The notes under the pieces were generated by a model. It did not search any database and was not told the DNA's origin. It saw only the letters and a list, made by a program, of their open reading frames with translations. The position numbers and the translations under genes were made by a program. A stretch of 64,000 nucleotides of DNA from Macrostomum hystrix (taxonomy: Eukaryota; Animalia; Platyhelminthes): contig CATNEN010000033.1 in NCBI GenBank assembly GCA_950097015.1, forward strand, positions 3,968,001 through 4,032,000, in the 5' to 3' direction. Shown here one piece after another: positions 26,301-41,500 of the stretch. The number at the start of each line of letters is the position of its first letter. The first letter of the stretch is position 1.

Positions 26301-29300
26301 CAGGCTTGGGTCAGCACTTGAGTTCGTTATTCACTCGACTGATAAGCACAGTTGCGTGTGCGGCAATGAAAAATACTTTTGAGTACTGAACATGATTGAT
26401 GTATGTGATTAATGTGGATAATTAATTAGTGTGCGAGTGACAGGTCAGCTCGTAGTTAATCAAACAACACTTCCCTTTCCTTCCGTTATCAAGAAATGGA
26501 AATTGAACTGTTTAACTCCCATAGCCAGTCAACAAGTCTATTCGTTTAAGAAGCTACGGATCGCTTATGAAAGCTTCTCATCGGCCACCATGGCAACAAG
26601 GAAGTTGCGGATTTCAAATAAAAAGCAGGAAAATAAATAAATGAGAAGCAGTGAGAGTGTGAGAGGCACTCGAGCCTGGGCTGGTGCCATTGCTAATAAC
26701 TCAAGAATGAGTCCCGTTTATAAGAAAAATCACTTCAACACTGGAAGTGGCGGGCCTACGAAAATTAACAGATTCCCTTTCTTAAAGGGGGGCTGCTTGA
26801 GAGCTGAATAGAGGGAATAGCTCAAGACTGAGCTAACTGCCCGGCTGGCAACACCGTTTGCGAAACTGAAGTGAGGATAAAAAGTGTCAGCAATAAGTGT
26901 GATTCCTTTTTCCCATAAGATTTCACTGGGTAAAATATCAAATATCAAAATAGTTCATGGGATTATTTTTTTATTCGCCCCGTCTACGAGAAGCAGTTAT
27001 TCACTTTATATTTTGCTGGCACTGGGCATGGTAACAAGGGATTTCATTCCTCAAAAATCAACACCATTATATTTGCGAGTTTGTCTCGTTCTAATCACTA
27101 TTATAGTTCCATTTTTCCAATATATATTCATCTCAACTATGCCGTATATGTGAGTCCAATATCTCCCATATGAGTTTGAGTCCACTATCTCCCATGTGCG
27201 TTTGAGTCCACTATCTCCCATGTGCGTTTGAGTCCAATATCTCCCATTGTGCGTTACAGTCCACTATCTTCCATTCGAGTTTGAGTCTACTATCTCCAAT
27301 TATAGCTTGAGTCCACTATCTAACATATGAGTTTGAGTCCACTATCTAACATATGAGTTTGAGTCCACTATCTAACATATGAGTTTGAGTCCACTATCTC
27401 CGATGTGCGTTTGAGTCCACTATCTCCGATTTGCGTTTGAGTCCACTATCTTCCATTCGTGTTTGAGTCTACTATTTCCAATTATAGCTTGAGTCCACTA
27501 TCTAACATATGAGTTTGAGTCCACTATCTAACATATGAGTTTGAGTCCACTATCTAACATATGAGTTTGAGTCCACTATCTCCCATGTGCGTTTGAGTCC
27601 ACTATCTCCCATGTGCGTTTGAGTCCACTATCTTCCATTCGTGTTTGAGTCTACTATCTTCAATTATTGCTTGAGTCCACTATCTAACATATGAGTTTGA
27701 GTCCAATATCTCCCATTGTGCGTTAGAGTCCACTATCTTCCATTCGAGTTTAAGTCCACTATCTTCCATAGCTGAAGTTTGAGTCCGCAGCTTTACTCAC
27801 CAGTTGTTGTCCACGTGCGTAAGCGCTGTAGTACTCCATGTGGGCTGCTTCGCTATTGCTGCTGCTGCTGTTGCTGCTGCTATTGCTGATGCTAATGTGA
27901 TTGTTACTGTTGCACTCAGATTTCAATGCTGCAGTGAGCATGAAGTATCTAACTTAGTGAGGCTATTACCTATATTGTATTGCTTATGACTTGACAATTA
28001 ATCTAAGTTAAGCCTGATCTAGTTGAGCAGTTTTTGAGCGAGTTTGAGTCGTCTGTCAGATTCCTTGCGTTTTGAGTAATTATTCTCGTTTGCACGTGGA
28101 GTGGGGCGGTGGCACTGTGGCGAGCCCGGATTGGCTGCGGGGCTGATGAAGCCCACTGAGAGCCTGCGCGCGGACTCCGTGCTCAGAGACTCGCACCAAT
28201 TGGCTGAGAGCTTCTTTGAGGAGCAGAAGAAATGGAGAAGGGTGGAAAAGTTAAAAATTCCCAAACCCGATCGCGCAAGCTGACCCGATCCCACACGGCC
28301 CATTTGCGGGGCGGCAAATCGATGGATGGGGAGGGGATTGTGTCACGCCGCTGGTTGCTGTGCCCACAGGCAGTGCAAACATCTTCCCGTGGCGTGTCAT
28401 TCATAGCCATAACTCCATAGCAATAGTGCTCAGTTTTATTGGCAGTCTTCAAGCATTAATATCTTAAAATGCGATGACAACACACTAAAAAAACATGCTT
28501 TGGCTTCTTATTAGTTGTTTTGTTTGCCAAGCAAACTCGTGGACTCAGTGAGGCTATTAGACTCGTTGACTTTAGAGATTTTTTAAAGCACCCGATGCGC
28601 ACCTGAGAAGGTCGCCAGGTGCGATTTGAGGATCCGCGGCGCTTGAGCACAGGCGGGCTTGTTTGCTGGTGCCAACCGAGTTATTAGTTTGTTCTTTTCT
28701 CGGCTCTTGTTTTCGCCGTTTGGTGCCCTGCTTTAGAGACTTGCTTTACTTAAGTCTCCGCTTTGCATAATTCGTTTGAGTCTTGGTTACTGGTCAACTC
28801 TACTTATATTTCATTCATGGTCCGTTTCTATTTTTCCAATTAAAATACAGCACAACCTCCTCGTGTCTTTCAACTGCTTCCTTTCATTCGTTCTGATCTT
28901 ATCTGTCTCTTTTCTCTACTGTGCATCTACACCGATCCGCTCTTACCTGCCCCCCATCCGCTCCTATCCAACCTCTGTCCGCTACCATCCGCCCTCTATC
29001 TGCTACTATCTGCCCTCTATCTGCATCTATCCGCCCTCTATCTGCTACTATCCGCCCTCTGTCTGCTACTATCTGCCCTCTTCCTGCTACTATCCGCCCT
29101 CTGTCCGCTACTATCTGCCCTCTATCTGCATCTATCCGCCCTCTATCAGCATCTATCCGCCCTCTATCTGCTACTATCCGCCCTCTGTCTGCTACTATCC
29201 GCCCTCTTCCTGCTACTATCCGCCCTCTGTCCGCTACTATCCGCCCTCTATCCGCTACTCCGCTTCTCTATTCGCTCTCTCTCCGCTCCATTATCCGCTC

Positions 29301-32300
29301 CATTATCCGCTGCCTTTCCGCTCCTCTTTCCGCTCCCTCTCCGCTCCCTCTCCGCTCCTTTCTTTCCCTACCTGTCTTTATCCACTCCCTACCCCATTGC
29401 TATATTTCATGCCAAGCTGGTGTTTCTATAGGGGCAGAAAATGTTTAAAGTATCAAGCCCTTTACAAGAACATCTGTTGAATTGTTTGACATCAGCCTCC
29501 GAAATTCATATGCGCACCAGGATACACGAAGTTCGCTCTGTTAGTGGAATCATTTAACTGTCGAAAGAGAGCACAACATTCGCTGATAAAGGAGCCTAAA
29601 AGAAGCATGCAGTTTTTTTAATGTTTATCGGCATCTCTAGAAAAAAACGAAACACGTGATAAGGAGCGGCCTCGATTTTGTAAAAAAATATGATTTATGC
29701 CTTTAAAAAAACATTTATATTACTGGTTGGTAGCTTGCTTACTTTACATGGCTAGTTTTTTTAATGCTCTTTCTCTTAGTATGGCTACTGATTGCTGAGC
29801 AAAGCTCAGGGACGACTGCGAGTAGAAGGACGTTTCTTAGAAAGCGTTTAAAAAGCTATTTTCGACGAAAATACACTACGGAGATGAGACATTTTTCCAA
29901 TCTACGCAGTGTGTTTTTCGGCAAAAACCATGGCCTCCTAAACTGTTTCTAAGAAACGTAGTTTATCATCCTTTTACTCCTCTTTCTACATCTCCCTCTA
30001 TTTCTCCTTTCTTTTTTCTGTCAATTTCTGCCCCTTTCTCCTCTCCCCTCTCCTCTTTCCTCTTTTTGTCTTCCCTTTTCCTTCTTCGCCTATCGTTGTC
30101 TTCCTTCATCCAAATCTAACCAGTTAATTTCTGGCGGTGCCCCTACCAAAGAGCGGCTAATAGTTGAAGTTGACTGCGCCCAGGCACTTCTTCATCCCTT
30201 TCTCTTTTCTATTTACTCGTGTGATGACAGCCTGACAGTGAAATAGTTCTATATAGCCTTAGCAACTATTTATGCAATGTGTGTTTATGCTCGGCTCGGC
30301 TCTGCGTGCCTGCGTGTGTGAGGCAATGAGCTGCGGTCATCACTCATGGAGTTCTTGCGTGCCTGTTTCATAACCACAGGGTCTCATTTCATCAATCTCT
30401 CTGACTATTCTAGGAGCAGAGGACGAAATTCTCCCAGCTCGCCCACCTTTGACATTTCTTTGGGGCTTTTAGTGCCGAGGTTTTCTGCATTGTTTTTTTT
30501 CCATAATTTTAAGTTGCGCAACGCACACACAGTGTCCACAGACACTGAGACAGAAGGGGCACAAATAGATTAGAGAGCAAATGGATTGATTAGACATTTT
30601 AGAAACTAGGCAACATGTGTGTTTGACTTTTGCTCTGCCCCTCCTGCCTGCCTCTATATTTGTAATTCGGCGTCTTGATGGCTACATGTTTTTCACAGAG
30701 GGTTCGGCCTATCTGCTAGATTTCTACTCAGTGTAAAATTATAAAAAATGACCAGATTTTGAGTAAGAAGCCGGTCTGTTTCCGTATTTCAGTTTTTTAT
30801 ATGGTCTTCAAATCTCTTATCGATCTGCTCGCAGAGCAGAGATACCAGTGAAGGAACGAAGGTATCGAAGGCCAGAGAGTGAGACAACGGGGTAGGAGAG
30901 TGAGACACCGGGGTTAGAAGAGTGAGACACTGAGGGTAGGAAAGTACGACACAGGGGTAGGAGAGTGAGACACCGGGGTAGGATAGTGGGACACCGGGGT
31001 AGGAGAGTGAGACACCGGGGTAGGATAGTGAGACACCGGGGTAGGAGAGTGAGACACCGGGGTAGGAGACTGAGACACCGGGGTAGGAAAATAAGACACT
31101 GGGGTTGGAGAGTGAGACACGGGGGTAGGAGACTGAGACACCGGGGTAGGAGACTGAGACACCGGGGTAGGAAAATAAGACACTGGGGTTGGAGAGTGAG
31201 ACACCGGGGTAGGAAAATAAGACTGGGGTAGGAGAGTGAGACACCGGGGTAGGAAAATAAGACTGGGGTAGGAGAGTGAGACACCGTGGTAGGTGACTGA
31301 GACGCCGGGGTAGGAGAGTGAGACACTGGGGTAGGAGAGTGAGACACAGGTAGTAGAGTGTTTTCAATTGAAAATTCCATACGGTTTTTACCAAGCAGAC
31401 CGCAATGTCTTTTGTAGACTGCACCTATTTGATTGTCGCGGAAGCAAGCAATAGCAGACATGCTTTGGTTGTAAGTTCGCATCGTCAAAAGCAGTGAGTG
31501 ATCTGAGATCGTGGGCCTGATTAACGGGCCAGTCAGGTTGGGAGAGCATTGGGAAGTAGGATTTTTTAATCGCCGATTCAGATCTGCAGACACAAAAGGC
31601 CCTCCAGCCGCGTATGCTACAAACACGGATGGCCGTGTGTTTCCAAATGATCGCTTCGCTGACTTAAAGCTCACAGCCTAGATGGCGAGATTTTATAGGA
31701 CTCCAAAGTTCGCAGAACAAGCCCGCTCGAGCGAATCCACTGACGGAGCATTTTAAGAATTGAAATTCTATAAAAAATAATGTCCCATCACAGAGTTTCA
31801 ATTGAGAAACACAGACATGAGCGAAAAGTTTGATTGTAAAAACGGGGAATTATACTACACTTTTATATGGACTCAAGATAGACAGGACCGCAATCAAAAC
31901 ATAATCATTAACTTGTAACCCTTTTCACGGATGATATGTATATTGAAAACCAAGACTGTGTATGATCAGGCGAAATCTTTCACAACCATCTGGATTTTTT
32001 GTGTTGACTTTGCTTTTACATCCGGCATTTCACTGCCTCACTCCCCTCTCTCCCCTGCCTCACTTCCCCTCTCTCCCCTGTATCACTTCCCCTCTCCCCT
32101 GCCTCACTTCCCCTCTCTCCCCTACCTCACTTCCCCTCTCTCCCCTACCTCACTTCCCCTCTCTCCCCTGTATCACTTCCCCTCTCCCCTGCCTCACTTC
32201 CCCTCTCTCCCCTGTATCACTTCCCCTCTCCCCTGCCTCACTTCCCCTCTCTCCCCTGCCTCACTTCCCCTCTCTCCCCTGCCTCACTTCCCCTCTCTCC

Positions 32301-35300
32301 CCTGTATCACTTCCCCTCTCCCCTGCCTCACTTCCCCTCTCTCCCCTGTATCACTTCCCCTCTCCCCTGCCTCACTTCCCCTCTCTCCCCTGTATCACTT
32401 CCCCTCTCCCCTGCCTCACTTCCCCTCTTTCCCCTGTATCACTTCCCCTCTCCCCTGCCTCACTTCCCCTCTCTCCCCTGTATCACTTCCCCTCTCCCCT
32501 GCCTCACTTCCCCTCTCTCCCCTGTATCACTTCCCCTCTCCCCTGCCTCACTTCCCCTCTCTCCCCTGCCTCACTTCCCCTCTCTCCCCTGCCTCACTTC
32601 CCCTCTCTCCCCTGTATCACTTCCCCTCTCCCCTGCCTCACTTCCCCTCTCTCCCCTGTATCAATTTCCCTTTCCCCTGCCTCAATTCCCCTCTCTCCCC
32701 TACCTCACTTCCCCTCTCTCCCCTACCTCACTTCCCCTCTCTCCCCTGTCTCACTTCCCCTCTCCCCTGCCTCACTTCCCCTCTCTCCCTTGTCTCACTT
32801 CCCCTCTCTCCCCTGCCTCACTTCCCCTCTCCCCTGCCTCACTTCCCCTCTCTCCCCTGCCTCACTTCCCCTCTCTCCCCTGCCTCACTTCCCCTCTCCC
32901 CTGCCTCACTTCCCCTCTCTCCCCTGCCTCACTTCCCCTCTCCCCTGCCTCACTTCCCCTCTCTCCCCTGCCTCACTTCCCCTCTCTCCCCTGCCTCACT
33001 TCCCCTCTCCCCTGCCTCACTTCCCCTCTCTCCCCTGCCTCACTTCCCCTCTCTCCCCTGCCTCACTTCCCCTCTCCCCTGCCTCACTTCCCCTCTCTCC
33101 CCTGTCTCACTTCCCCTCTCCCCTGCCTCACTTCCCCTCTCTCCCCTGTTTCTGTTCCCCTCTCTCCCCTGTCTCACTTCCCCTCTCTCCCCTGTATGAA
33201 GTCGCACTTCTGAGAACATTCCTCCAAGTCTTAGTCAGTTCCTACCTAGTCAGTGGCAAACAGCTGAACTGTTAGCAAGTATTTCAGTTATCATTAGCTA
33301 TTTAAAAGTTGTCGAATGCAACGAGTATTGCATGGGACAGTCAGTCCCCTGGCTACATTTTCGCTTCACTGGCCCAGCAAGTGGAGACAGGCAATCACTG
33401 TGTGTGTGTTATTGTTAAACTGGTCTCAACACAATTGAACTTCATTCTTAACAAGTTCTTGGCCTGCTCCTCCGTATAGCAAGTTAGCAGAGGTGATTAA
33501 TTCTCAGTTTCCAAGTTGCCCAACCAGCCACTTCACTCCGCCGCGGGTTCAGCTAGCTCACAGTTGTAGAGCTGGGAACCGGTAGAGTTTATTAAAAAAC
33601 GCACTTCAACGCACCACCCCGAAATCTCTTTAGGTGGCAACCAGATCTGACCGTGCATTCTCGTGCCGCCTCAATTCCCATTCACACCTTGAAATATTGA
33701 ATATCCCCTTTCACTAGTCTAGTTGGTTAGGAACAAATTACAGAACACACACACCTACCCTAGGCAGGGCAAAACTCTGGGCAATGATCCGTGACAGCTC
33801 GTGGCAACGCCTCAAAAAGATGATTTCCTTAGCGCAGCTCTGTCACGCTGTGTATTTGTGTCACCTTGGCATCCCTATGAAGGTTGCATCATGACATTTT
33901 AATAACTGAGGGGTGATGAAACCTGTGCCCACCTGTTACAATGCGCGCCAAGCAGAACTCATAAATAGTTGCGCAATGAAAAATTATATTTTCTTCTCCT
34001 GCTTTGGTCACAGACAGGGAGGTGCGCAAAGATTTCGTCTCTAATTACAATTACCTGGCCTGTCACGTGTTGCTGGCCCCACGGGTTCGATTGAATTTCC
34101 AAGCTTTCGGATGGCTAAGCTTTGCCCCTCGCTAATAATCTGAAAGCGCAAGAAAAAATGTCTAGCCAGCCTCCCTTCTCGTGTTTTGTTGCCAAGCGTT
34201 TCCTTGGTTGCGTCTGATGCTCTGCTCAAGCCTGTCTGTTGAGGATAAACATGGATTGGTATTCAGAGGCTCAAGCCTGTCTGCTGAGGATAAACATGGA
34301 TTGGTATTCAGAGGCTCAAGCCTGTCTGCTGAGGATAAACATGGATTGATATTCAGAGGCTCAAGCCTGTCTGCTAAGGATAAACACGGATTGATATTCA
34401 GAAGCTCAAGCCTGTCTGTTGAGGATAAACATGGATTGGTATTCAGAGGCTCAAGCCTGTCTGCTGAGGATAAACATGGATTGATATTCAGAGGCTCAAG
34501 CCTGTCTGCTGAGGATAAACACGGATTGATATTCAGAAGCTCAAGCCTGTCTGCTGAGGATAAACATGGATTGATATTCAGAGGCTCAAGCCTGTCTGCT
34601 GAGGATAAACATGGATTGATATTCAGAGGCTCAAGCCTGTCTGCTGAGGATAAACATGGATTGATATTCAGAGGCTCAAGCCTGTCTGTTGAGGATAAAC
34701 ACGGATTGATATTCAGAGGCTCAAGCCTGTCTACTGAGGATAAACATGGATTGATATTCAGAGGCTCAAGCCTGTCTGCTGAGGATAAACATGGATTGAT
34801 ATTCAGAGGCTCAAGCCTGTCTGTTGAGGATAAACACGGATTGATATTCAGAGGCTCAAGCCTGTCTGCTGAGGATAAACACGGATTGATATTCAGAGGC
34901 TCAAGCCTGTCTGCTGAGGATAAACATGGATTGATATTCAGAGGCTCAAGCCTGTCTGTTGAGGATAAACACGGATTGATATTCAGAGGCTCAAGCCTGT
35001 CTGCTGAGGATAAACATGGATTGATATTCAGAGGCTCAAGCCTGTCTGTTGAGGATAAACATGGATTGATATTCAGAGGCTCAAGCCTGTCTGCTGAGGA
35101 TAAACATGGATTGATATTCAGAGGCTCAAGCCTGTCTGTTGAGGATAAACATGGATTGATATTCAGAGGCTCAAGCCTGTCTGCTGAGGATAAACATGGA
35201 TTGATATTCAGAGGCTCAAGCCTGTCTGCTGAGGATAAACATGGATTGATATTCAGAGGCTTCAGGGCGCCACAAAATTTGTGTTTTCCCGTCTGGGATT

Positions 35301-35482
35301 TCGAGTTTGCTACATCAAGCCGGCTTAATTCCGAGAGGGACGCGTGAAATTCCAGGAATAGCGCAAACTCCCACCACTAACGAGTTCATTGTGCTACTCA
35401 TTTGAGCAGATAAAAGATCCACTTTGCCTAATATTTTTCCGTGTTTCCCTCCCATCGAGTGCTAAAAAGAGGATTAACATTC

Positions 35483-35516
<34 letters not shown>

Positions 35517-38500
35517 ACTCCTGGCCTCTCTGGGATTCGAAAGAGTGGACTAGACTGATCCCAGTGTAAAATATCCCCCCAGCCATTGGCAAATCAGTCG
35601 GCAGAAATCATGCAAATTTGCCTTAATTGTCTTAACTGCCTGCCGCTGCCGTCCACTCTGCTTGACTGCCCCTCGCCCTCCCCTACTCTATCCCGTGTAG
35701 TGAAAGTGGGAAAGTTAATTTTCTGCGTCACAGATGATGAGTGAGGCAGTGTTTTGGCATTGTGCCGCTATCAATTCGTTCCTCATGGGACTGGGTTTGG
35801 ATAGCCGTCATTGCGTTTCTCATTTATAATATTTTATTTGTGCCAACTGTGCGCTATAGTGGAGGCTGTGGGTCTTGGTGCTGCAAACTCATTTTTCAGT
35901 TTTTTTCTTGCCTAAGAAACATTTCAGACTTTATAATGCAAAAAAGTAATTTGTTATCTGCTAATTAGCTACTTTGGTGCCTGTTGATTATAAATAAACA
36001 TAATTTAACAAATAATAGTAAAGTGAGAAAATACTCGTACATAAACTGTTCTACGGCAGTAATCATTGAAAAGCAGTTTTAGACCGATAAATATTAATCC
36101 TCACATTGGTTACATAATCGAATAATTATTCTAACTGTCCTTACCGAACAAACAATTTCAACAGTAAATCAACTTCTTAGCTATTACCTGGTGACAGTTC
36201 TTAACAATGAAACTAGCTTTTTGTCTGCTTTTGCAACACATTTATTGTCACTGTCGAGAGGTCGTGACAACCCAGCCTGTTTACAATGCCTTGACACGTG
36301 TGTCAGAAGTGTGTCCCGTGGCATTTATTTGCTCAATTTGACTATAGTTGCCAATTGTATAGTTTCTTTATGAGGCTGACAATTCAACAGTAAAAAGCTT
36401 TTATATTGCTTGTAAATAATCTATTTTGTTTCTTATTTAAAGTCATTCTGTTTTACAATATCACAAGTTTTCGCAACCTATTTACCTACGAGAAAAATTT
36501 TAGCTTTTACGTTGACAACCCCACGTTCGATAAGCAGCTGGATGTCTTTTCTCTCTTTGTCATCAAAGTTAACTTCCGGATTCTTACACCACAGGATTCT
36601 GACTAGAGACAATACAGTCAGATTACAGGTAGCTTTACCAGGTGAACTGCCTGGTGACATTGCAGTCAGATTACAGGTAGCTTTACCAGGTGAACTGACT
36701 GGTGACATTGCAGTCAGATTACAGGTAGCTTTACCAGGTGAACTGACTGGTGACATTGCAGTCAGATTACAGGTAGCTTTAACAGGTGAACTGCCTGGTG
36801 ACATTGCAGTCAGATTACAGGTAGCTTTACCAGGTGAACTGACTGGTGACATTGCAGTCAGATTACAGGTAGGTTTATCAGGTGAACTGCCTGGTGACAT
36901 TGCAGTCAGATTACAGGTAGCTTTACCAGGTGAACTGACTGGTGACATTGCAGTCAGATTACAGGTAGCTTTACCAGGTGAACTGACTGGTGACATTGCA
37001 GTCAGATTACAGGTAGCTTTACCAAGTGAACTGACTGGTGACATTGCAGTCAGATTACAGGTAGCTTTACCAGGTGAACTGACTGGTGACATTGCAGTCA
37101 GATTACAGGTAGCTTTACCAGGTGAACTGACTGGTGACATTGCAGTCAGATTACAGGTAGCTTTACCAGGTGAACTGACTGGTGACATTGCAGTCAGATT
37201 ACAGGTAGCTTTAACAGGTGAACTGCCTGGTGACATTGCAGTCAGATTACAGGTAGCTTTACCAGGTGAACTGACTGGTGACATTGCAGTCAGATTACAG
37301 GTAGGTTTATCAGGTGAACTGCCTGGTGACATTGCAGTCAGATTACAGGTAGCTTTACCAGGTGAACTGACTGGTGACATTGCAGTCAGATTACAGGTAG
37401 CTTTACCAGGTGAACTGACTGGTGACATTGCAGTCAGATTACAGGTAGCTTTACCAAGTGAACTGACTGGTGACATTGCAGTCAGATTACAGGTAGCTTT
37501 ACCAGGTGAACTGCCTGGTGACATTGCAGTCAGATTACAGGTAGCTTTACCAGGTGAACTGACTGGTGACATTGCAGTCAGATTACAGGTAGCTTTACCA
37601 GGTGAACTGACTGGTGACATTGCAGTCAGATTACAGGTAGATTTACCAGGTGAACTGACTGGTGACATTGCAGTCAGATTACAGGTAGCTTTACCAGGTG
37701 AACTGACTGGTGACATTGCAGTCAGATTACAGGTAGCTTTACCAGGTGAACTGACTGGTGACATTGCAGTCAGATTACAGGTAGCTTTACCAGGTGAACT
37801 GCCTGGTGACATTGCAGTCAGATTACAGGTAGCTTTACCAGGTGAACTGACTGGTGACATTGCAGTCAGATTACAGGTAGCTTTACCAGGTGAACTGCCT
37901 GGTGACATTGCAGTCAGATTACAGGTAGCTTTACCAGGTAAACTGCCTGGTGACATTGCAGTCAGATTACAGGTAGCTTTACCAGGTGAACTGACTGGTG
38001 ACATTGCAGTCAGATTACAGGTAGCTTTACCAGGTGAACTGACTGGTGACATTGCAGTCAGATTACAGGTAGCTTTACCAGGTGAACTGACTGGTGACAT
38101 TGCAGTCAGATTACAGGTAGCTTTACCAGGTGAACTGACTGGAGACAATACAGTCAGATTACAGGTAGCTTTACCAGGTGAACTGACTGGTGACATTGCA
38201 GTCAGATTACAGGTAGGTTTATCAGGTGAACTGACTGGTGACATTGCAGTCAGATTACAGGTAGCTTTACCAGGTGAACTGACTGGTGACATTGCAGTCA
38301 GATTACAGGTAGCTTTACCAGGTGAACTGACTGGTGACATTGCAGTCAGATTACAGGTAGCTTTACCAGGTGAACTGACTGGTGACATTGCAGTCAGATT
38401 ACAGGTAGCTTTACCAGGTGAACTGACTGGTGACATTGCAGTCAGATTACAGGTAGCTTTACCAGGTGAACTGACTGGAGACATTGCAGTCAGATTACAG

Positions 38501-41500
38501 GTAGCTTTACCAGGTGAACTGACTGGAGACAATACAGACAGATTACAGGTAGGTTTATCAGGTGAACTGCCTGGTGACATTGCAGTCAGATTACAGGTAG
38601 CTTTACCAGGTGAACTGACTGGTGACATTGCAGTCAGATTACAGGTAGCTTTACCAGGTGAACTGACTGGTGACATTGCAGTCAGATTACAGGTAGCTTT
38701 AACAGGTGAACTGACTGGTGACATTGCAGTCAGATTACAGGTAGCTTTACCAGGTGAACTGACTGGTGACATTGCAGTCAGATTACAGGTAGCTTTACCA
38801 GGTGAACTGACTGGTGACATTGCAGTCAGATTACAGGTAGCTTTACCAGGTGAACTGACTGGAGACAATACAGTCAGATTACAGGTAGCTTTACCAGGTG
38901 AACTGCCTGGTGACATTGCAGTCAGATTACAGGTAGCTTTACAAGGTGAACTGCCTGGTGACATTGCAGTCAGATTACAGGTAGCTTTACAAGGTGAACT
39001 GCCTGGTGACATTGCAGTCAGATTACAGGTAGCTTTACAAGGTGAACTGCCTGGTGACATTGCAGTCAGATTACAGGTAGCTTTACCAGGTGAGTCAGAT
39101 TACAGTCAGTCAGATTACAGGTAGGTTTATCAGGTGAGTCAGATTACCTGCAGTCAGATTACAGGTAGGTTCAAGTAGTATATCCTAATAAATCTGTGAG
39201 CACACAGAATCTTTGCCCTTCGCCCGAGGCGCAAATCGCTGATTTGAGTCCCCGCTGAGATTTCGCAAAATCTGCTAGTTTGAGCAGTTGCGCAATTCGT
39301 TGATGGAATATTTCACCCTGCCAGCGAATGCACAGGCCACAGATTTAACTGCTACACAATGAGCGTGCGCCTGTGTTTCCATTCTCCTGGTCTGCAGTAT
39401 GGGAGAATTATCCCCCCTTAGGGCGTTGCGAGGCTCATTCTGAAGAGTTTGGCCCCGCACTGATAATGATTTGTCAAATTTCGCCGACAATCACACGACA
39501 GTTGGAATAGCAGAAATCATTCGCCTCATTCGAAAACACCCTTCTCACAATCGGAATATAAATTGGCGAATCTATGAAAGACATGACAAATATCCCATGT
39601 TGGGATGCATGAAGTTTTTGAGTAAAAAATGATTTTGGGAAAACTTCTCCTAATCGACGCGTGGCCCAGGCGCGGTTGCTGGGCTGTAATGAAAGCCCAA
39701 CTCGCATTTCTTATTGTCCCGGCTATTACGTGACAATTGGAATTGAAATGATGATGAAGAATGCCATTGCGGCCTGCCCGCCCACCCAGCTTTTCAATCC
39801 TGACCTTTGCCACGCCCCCCTCAACTCTCTCGCCCTGGATGGGGCGGGGCTACGTCTACTCCCGATTGAGTGAGTGCTCTGTGCGTGGCAATAGGCTGAT
39901 CATTTAAAATCAGTGTCAACGTTTAGTTTTTCAAAAGCATTTATTTCCATAGATATAATCAGCAGTTTCTATGAAGCTTGTCATTGTCATCGACAGACAT
40001 CATCTAGTTGTCAATACGGGCATTGTCTTTTTGTTAAAAAAGAAAATACAATTTTACACCGCTATCTCACCTGTTGCCTGATGGTGCTGTCGAGTAGGCT
40101 GAGCGTTGCTATGACAAAATCCGTGGCTGGGCCGCCCTGGGAGCACTGCTCCAACTGTTGTTAGTGTTTTTCTGGCTTGTTACACGGTTGCTGCTGCTGG
40201 CTGGCTGGCTGTCTGTATTTCACATTCAATTTGTGTTCCCGCTCTTGCCACAATAGCAGCCAGTAATATCTTCTCTCGGTTTTTTTTCTCCCTAACTGAA
40301 TTGGCAGCGCAAGTGTCAGCCAGCTGTTTGGGACTTATCTGTAGCTTTGTCCCAGCTCTCACTCCTCACTCACTCTCTCCTAGTCTCTCTTTTTATTTAT
40401 TCTTATAAGTCGTTCTAACTTAACTCGACAAGCAGCTAGTTTTTTAGTTTTATTTCTTTCAATATATTTCATGCGAATAGCCAAAGTTACCGCAATGTAG
40501 CGCATCGTGATCCCTTAACTCCTGATATTATCCTCGCCGTTGCACAAGGTCTTCCCTTCGTTCTCTTCCCGCTCCAGAGTTCTGAGTTAAAAATTTGCAA
40601 TTCTGCACAATTTTTTTTCTGCGTCAAATTAAGAATTACTTTCTTTTCATTTTCTGGATTCTTCAATTTAATCGAAAATGGAGAATGCTAAATGTGACAA
40701 AAAATTGTTGGCAGTGAATAGAACTTTTTGCCTTGCAATTCTTATTTTTTTGCAAGTGACTTAATTTGCGGCGATTATATCAAGTTCCAGTTTTCAAAAT
40801 ATTGATTTACTTCTTTTAACAGAAGCTTCAGGTTTTTTAAGTGAAGCGTCAGCGTTTTCAAAGGAAGCTTCAGGGTTTTCAATTGAAGCTTCAGGGTTTT
40901 CAAAGGAAGCTTCAGAGTTTTCAACTGAAGCTTCAGCGTTTTCAAAGGAAGCTTCATAGATTTAAAATGAAGCTTCAGGGTTTTCAATTGAAGCTTCAGG
41001 GTTTTCAATTTGAAGCTTCAGGTTTCTAACTGTAGCTTCAGGGTTTTCAACTGAAGCTTCAGGTATTTTAAGTGAAGCTTTCATAGTCTAAAAATGCTCC
41101 AGGTTTTAAGAAAAAATATTTGTGTCAGGGTCTTGAAATGGAGTTTTAGCTTTTTAAAAAGCCACTTTGTGATTTTGAATTCCTTCCACTAATATTCCCG
41201 CTAGTACGGTCTCCATATTTCAGTGTCCACAGGAAGCTAACTGGTCACAACATTCACACATTCTGACAGTCACAGTTTAGCCTCACAGCTTGCGTATCAG
41301 AAATCGGATACCTTCACCGCCGTAAAACCTGCGACCCCTCACAATTAGGATTAAATAACTCGGGGTGGCGAGTCCTGGCTCACTGTGGCATGGCTGGCAT
41401 ATGGTTAGCGACATCTATAGTAAGCCGCATTGCGGTTAGCCATTCGCCCGCATCCCACACCCTTCAGTTCGTCCCGCATCCGAAACATAGATTACAACGG

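Noticed and set aside
30789-31674. Minus-strand ORFs flanking the 22-bp repeat (weak hAT-like LCEQIDKRF)
   Set aside because: Non-ATG starts, mostly repeat-derived, motif too short to support a transposase
34181-35347. 388-aa ORF of [15 protein letters not shown] repeats
   Set aside because: 45-bp unit divisible by 3 explains the open frame; 15-aa period does not fit ankyrin or other known repeat folds
36478-39124. 860/870-aa ORFs on both strands as genes
   Set aside because: 48-bp tandem repeat; near-identical DNA units with no synonymous-site bias evident
34222-39165. Long regular arrays as CRISPR-like loci
   Set aside because: Units are contiguous with no unique spacers; eukaryotic context, no cas genes
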